Below are positions 59,889-64,000 of a stretch of 64,000 nt of DNA, in pieces (within the stretch, counting starts at the first letter, position 1; each line of letters starts with the position of its first letter). Location of the stretch: assembly GCA_963662465.1 (NCBI GenBank), contig OY759599.1:2240001-2304000 (forward strand), read 5' to 3'. The notes below the pieces were generated by a model, which saw only the letters and a program-made list of their open reading frames with translations, did not search any database and had not been told where the DNA came from. The stretch comes from Desulfatiglandales bacterium. GTDB taxonomy: Bacteria; Desulfobacterota; DSM-4660; Desulfatiglandales; Desulfatiglandaceae. Position numbers and translations under genes: made by a program.

Positions 59889-61241
59889 ATGCTAGGGCTA
59901 AAAATTATAAACGGGCGTGTTTTTATTCCCGGCAGTGGTTTTTTTGACCTGGATGTCGGCGTTAAAGACGGAAAAATCACCGCCCTTTCTGAAACCGGAG
60001 GACTTCCGGAAGCAGAACAAACCGTGGATGCGCAGGGGAAAATCGTGATGCCCGGCGTCATTGATCCACATATTCACCTGGGGATCTTTAACGACTTCGC
60101 ATTGGAATGCGAAACGGAAACTCGCGCAGCCCTGGCCGGCGGCGTCACCACCGTGGGTGTTTTCATGGGTGGAGATCAGTCGTATTTGCCAACGCTGCCC
60201 GACATGATCAACACCGTCGAGCAAAAGGTTTCCACGGACCTGATGTTTCATTTGAGCATTTTTACAGATGAACAGATGGCGGAAATGGACAAATACTATG
60301 AAGAATTCGGCGTCACTTCCTTTAAATTTTATATGGCGGGTGTAAAAGGCGTTTTCCCCGGCGTATCGGACGGATTCATCTTTGAGGGCTTCCAAAAAAT
60401 CGCCGGTATGGGAAACAGGGCCATCGGTTGCGTTCACTGCGAAGATCAGTCCATGCTGGATATCGCATTTGATAAAGTGGCGGCAAAAACCCCTAACGGC
60501 ACATTGACCGATTGGGCACAGACAGCGCCAAAAATGGCCGAAGAAGAAGCCATCATGCGCGCCTATTACCTTTGCGACAAAGCCGGAAGCAGGCTTTACA
60601 TCGTCCATATCTCCACGAAGCAGGGAGCAGATCGGTTTCACCTGATCAATCAAAATGGGCGGGCGTTCGGCGAAACCACATCCGCCTACCTCTCCGTCTC
60701 CAATGAAGCGGAATGCGGCATTGTGGGAAAAATGGTGCCGCCCCTGCGAGATCAGACCGATATTGACGGTCTCTGGGCCCGCGTGGCCGATGAAACCATC
60801 TCCACCTTTGGAACCGACAACGTCAGCATGAATCTTGGGGTCAAACAGGCTGAAAGCGGTATGCTGGGCGCCATGCCCGGATATCCCATCCTGCAGACGC
60901 ATCTCTCCGCCATTTTGACCGAAGGATATCACAAGAGGGGCGTTTCCCTTGAAACCATCTTGACACGGGCCACGGCCAACCCCGCCAAAATCTTCGGACT
61001 CTACCCACAAAAAGGAACCATCAGCGTAGGAAGCGACGCGGATCTGGTGGTGCTGGATCTTGATAAAGAATGGGTCGTCAACAGCAACGAGCTTTTCTCC
61101 TATGGCGATTTCTCGCTTTACGAGGGAAAAACCCTTAAAGGATTGCCGACAGTCGTCATCAAGGGGGGAAAGAAAGCCTTTGAAGACGGTAAAATTCTGG
61201 TGGAACCGGGCTCCGGCAATTATTTGAGGAGAACCCTTTAA
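59889..61241 (+). CDS. Cyclic amidohydrolase (dihydropyrimidinase/allantoinase-like)
   Basis: PGVIDPHIH, SFKFYM, VHCED, VHIST, GTD and GSDADLV motifs. Confidence 0.88.
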   Translation: MLGLKIINGRVFIPGSGFFDLDVGVKDGKITALSETGGLPEAEQTVDAQGKIVMPGVIDPHIHLGIFNDFALECETETRAALAGGVTTVGVFMGGDQSYLPTLPDMINTVEQKVSTDLMFHLSIFTDEQMAEMDKYYEEFGVTSFKFYMAGVKGVFPGVSDGFIFEGFQKIAGMGNRAIGCVHCEDQSMLDIAFDKVAAKTPNGTLTDWAQTAPKMAEEEAIMRAYYLCDKAGSRLYIVHISTKQGADRFHLINQNGRAFGETTSAYLSVSNEAECGIVGKMVPPLRDQTDIDGLWARVADETISTFGTDNVSMNLGVKQAESGMLGAMPGYPILQTHLSAILTEGYHKRGVSLETILTRATANPAKIFGLYPQKGTISVGSDADLVVLDLDKEWVVNSNELFSYGDFSLYEGKTLKGLPTVVIKGGKKAFEDGKILVEPGSGNYLRRTL

Positions 61242-61308
61242 AAGGTTTACAATTAAAGTTTGATAGTTTTCAGACGTCTATTCAATTCCCATGAATTTTG
61301 GAGACACT

Positions 61309-61884
61309 ATGTTTGAAATTCGATTCCATGGCCGGGGTGGACAGGGTGCGGTTCTCGCAGCTAAAATCCTGGCCAAGGCCCTGGTGGAAGAGGGCAAATT
61401 CGTGAAGGCCATCCCCGCGTTCGGTTTTGAACGGCGGGGCGCGCCCGTTGAAGCCTACCTCCGTTACGACGACAAGGAGTTCAGGCAACTTACCAATATC
61501 TATAACCCTGATTGCATCGTGTGTCTCGATCCCACGCTTGCACAGACCGTTAATATCTTTGCGGGAATAAACGACAACGCCACCTGGATCCAGGCCACCA
61601 AGAAGAACCTGGACCAATTGGACGTACCGGAAAAAGTCACGCGGGTCGGACTTTGCGACGGATTCGGCCTTGCCCTGGAAGTGCTGGGCCGTCCCATTAC
61701 CAATTCCATCATGTTGGGCGTTCTGGCCAAAACCACCGGCATCGTATCCCTAGAGTCCCTGAACAAAGGGATGGCAACCACCGCCTTCCGGGATGCGCTA
61801 CTGGAGAAAAATGTCGAAGCCGCCAAACGGGGTTATGAGGCAACCAAAACCTTTGATATCAAAAAGAAGGAGGCGTCGTCATGA
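61309..61884 (+). CDS. padE: Phenylglyoxylate dehydrogenase-like gamma subunit
   Basis: EIRFHGRGGQG and FGFERRGAP motifs; operon order. Confidence 0.75.
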   Translation: MFEIRFHGRGGQGAVLAAKILAKALVEEGKFVKAIPAFGFERRGAPVEAYLRYDDKEFRQLTNIYNPDCIVCLDPTLAQTVNIFAGINDNATWIQATKKNLDQLDVPEKVTRVGLCDGFGLALEVLGRPITNSIMLGVLAKTTGIVSLESLNKGMATTAFRDALLEKNVEAAKRGYEATKTFDIKKKEASS

Positions 61885-62174
61885 AGTTACAGGCGGTCAA
61901 GCCTTTTGATCAATCGACCATTCCCAATGACATGTGCCCCATTGCCACGGAATTCGCCGTGGTCAATACCGGGGACTGGCGGGCTGAAAGGCCGGTGGTG
62001 GACCGAAAAAAATGTGTAAAATGCGCCACCTGCTGGGCCTACTGCCCCACACAATGCATCGTGGAGAGAGCAACCTGGTTCGAAGCCAACCTTGGAATTT
62101 GTAAAGGTTGCGGCATTTGCGCAGCGGAATGCCCCCATCATGCAATCACAATGATAGAAGAATTAGAGGTTTAG
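61881..62174 (+). CDS. padF: Phenylglyoxylate dehydrogenase-like delta (2x[4Fe-4S]) subunit
   Basis: TGDWR, CVKCATCWAYCP and CKGCGICAAECP motifs. Confidence 0.75.
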   Translation: MKLQAVKPFDQSTIPNDMCPIATEFAVVNTGDWRAERPVVDRKKCVKCATCWAYCPTQCIVERATWFEANLGICKGCGICAAECPHHAITMIEELEV

Positions 62175-62177
62175 TTT

Positions 62178-63380
62178 ATGGCAAAAACCATTGTATGCGA
62201 CGGAAACGAAGCAGCCGCGTGGGGTGTGGCCCGGTCTCGCCCGGATATGGTAGCGGTCTACCCCATTACACCCCAGTCCTCCCTGGCTGAATACATTGCC
62301 CAGTTTGTGGCGGATGGAACCATTGAAGCCGATATCATGGATGTGGAAGGGGAACACAGCGTCCTCTCCGTACTCCAGGGAGCATGCCTGGCCGGCGCCA
62401 GGACCTTTACCGCAACCTGCGGACAAGGCCTTGCCTTTATGTTTGAACCTTATTTTCGCACACCGAACCTGCGGCTGCCCATTGTCATGAGCATCGTAAC
62501 GCGGGACGGCATTACGCCCCAATGCGTATGGGGCGGTCACCAGGACGCCATGACCGTCAAAGAAGTGGGTTGGATTCAGATGTACTGTGAAAACAATCAG
62601 GAAATTCTGGATACCGTTATCATGGCCTACAAAATTGCTGAAAACAAAAAAGTCATGCTTCCGGTAAACGTATGTCATGACGGCAATTACCAGTCCTACG
62701 GCGTTGAAATCGTCGATATCCCTGACCAGGAAATTGCGGATAAATTCCTGGGAGAGAAAAATACCAACTGGCACGTGGCCCTGGATCCCGAAAGACCCAT
62801 GGGCGTGGATCCCCTGACGGGCGGCGCCACTGGAAAAGGACCTGAGCTTTTTGCCCGCTATCGCCGGGGCGAATGCAACGCCATGCAAAATGCCCTAGAG
62901 GTTATTGAAGAGGCCCATGCGGAATTTGCCGAACTGTTCGGACGTTCCTATTCTCCCCTGGTGGAGGAATACCGGCTGGATGATGCGGATTACGCCATTC
63001 TCACCATGGGCGGCATGAGCGGAACCGGCAAGGTGGCGGTTGACACAGCCAGAGAGGCCGGTGAAAAAGTGGGGCTGATCAAAATAAAGACCTTCAGACC
63101 GTTCCCTCTGAAGGCCGTTTTGAAGGCACTGAACAAAATTAAGGCACTGGGCGTCGTAGACCGTTCCGTAAGCTTCGGCTGGAACGGCGGCCCGGTATTT
63201 CAGGAAATGGCTTCCGCCATGTACCACATGAAAGAACGTATCCCCGCGGTCGATTTTGTTGCCGGCCTTGCGGGAGCGGATATTACACTGGACGATTTCA
63301 GCCGTATCATCAAAACCACGGCCAGGGCATTGAAAGGCGAGGTCCCTGAAGAACCGATCTGGCTAAGTTTAAACGACTAA
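62178..63380 (+). CDS. padG: Phenylglyoxylate dehydrogenase-like alpha subunit
   Basis: YPITPQS, EGEHS and TRDGITPQCVWGGHQD motifs. Confidence 0.75.
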   Translation: MAKTIVCDGNEAAAWGVARSRPDMVAVYPITPQSSLAEYIAQFVADGTIEADIMDVEGEHSVLSVLQGACLAGARTFTATCGQGLAFMFEPYFRTPNLRLPIVMSIVTRDGITPQCVWGGHQDAMTVKEVGWIQMYCENNQEILDTVIMAYKIAENKKVMLPVNVCHDGNYQSYGVEIVDIPDQEIADKFLGEKNTNWHVALDPERPMGVDPLTGGATGKGPELFARYRRGECNAMQNALEVIEEAHAEFAELFGRSYSPLVEEYRLDDADYAILTMGGMSGTGKVAVDTAREAGEKVGLIKIKTFRPFPLKAVLKALNKIKALGVVDRSVSFGWNGGPVFQEMASAMYHMKERIPAVDFVAGLAGADITLDDFSRIIKTTARALKGEVPEEPIWLSLND

Positions 63381-63397
63381 CGTGAGAGGGAATCAAT

Positions 63398-64000
63398 ATG
63401 TCCCAGACTAAATATCTTATTATCGGTAGCAGCCACGCGGGTCTCTCGGCTCTGACGGCTATCCGTATGGTCGATGAAGAGGGGTCCATTACCCTGGTAA
63501 CCCGGGAAAAGACCCTGCCCTACTCGCCTACGGTACTGCCCTATGTACTTTCAGGGCAGGCAAACCCTGAACGTGTATTCCTGCGGGATCAGGCATATTT
63601 TGATAAAAACAACGTAAATTTTCTAAATGGCGCGGCAGTTGTAAGCCTGGATTCCGGCGCCAATACGGCAACGCTCGATTCCGGCGATAAAATCCAGTAT
63701 GAAAAGCTCCTTTTGGCCACCGGAAGCGAACCCAAGGTTCCGGATATTCCAGGACTTAAAGATGCGCAATGGCACGTCCTCAGAACCCTTGCGGACGCCC
63801 TTAAAATCAAGACGGCAGCCCAGGAGGGCCAATCGGCCATCATTCTGGGCGCCGGTCTTATCGGCATGCATGCGGCCCAGGACCTGGCCAAGGCGGGACT
63901 ACAAGTCACGGTCGTGGCCACAACACCCCAGGTCATGGGTCAGTATTTTGATACGGAAGCCGCCAGTCTGATTGAACGTGTTTTTGTCAAGAACGGCGTC
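63398..64000 (+). CDS. padH: Phenylglyoxylate dehydrogenase-like epsilon (FAD/NAD) subunit, partial
   Basis: MSQTKYLIIGSSHAG...PYSPTVLPYV...LLLATGS...GAGLIG; runs off the window and is absent from the ORF track. Confidence 0.75.
   Translation, partial: MSQTKYLIIGSSHAGLSALTAIRMVDEEGSITLVTREKTLPYSPTVLPYVLSGQANPERVFLRDQAYFDKNNVNFLNGAAVVSLDSGANTATLDSGDKIQYEKLLLATGSEPKVPDIPGLKDAQWHVLRTLADALKIKTAAQEGQSAIILGAGLIGMHAAQDLAKAGLQVTVVATTPQVMGQYFDTEAASLIERVFVKNGV

Overview
A 64 kb chromosomal window from an anaerobic, probably sulfate-reducing Desulfobacterota (deltaproteobacterial) aromatic-compound degrader; the taxonomy is inferred from gene content. Housekeeping genes (htpG, murI, nudC, prfC, mltB, amtB, rmuC, yhbY, murJ, hflX, aroK) are interleaved with six notable blocks. 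(1) A complete class II, tungsten-type aryl-CoA reductase operon, bamBCDEFGHI-like, with a Sec-containing BamF, a BamB whose active-site lid looks divergent, a TetR regulator and near-identical VOC genes at both ends. (2) A TonB receptor / TiaS-like 'DDTD' enzyme / ECF transporter operon of unknown substrate. (3) A 1177-aa Lon-family protease with atypical N- and C-terminal domains. (4) A group II intron inserted into a REP hairpin, with an EBS1 exactly complementary to that REP; it opens an ~8 kb accessory patch of two HigBA pairs, several palindromic repeat families and transposase remnants. (5) A small toxin-antitoxin cassette bounded by an 83-bp duplication of the mltB 3' end, next to a MITE that supplies the prfC stop codon. 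(6) A sigma54-driven operon coupling a cyclic amidohydrolase to a phenylglyoxylate dehydrogenase-like (padEFGH) complex, cut off by the window end. A secreted multidomain GH18 chitinase is also present. No rRNA, tRNA or CRISPR array was recognised. All family calls come from motif recognition by eye; no database searches were run.
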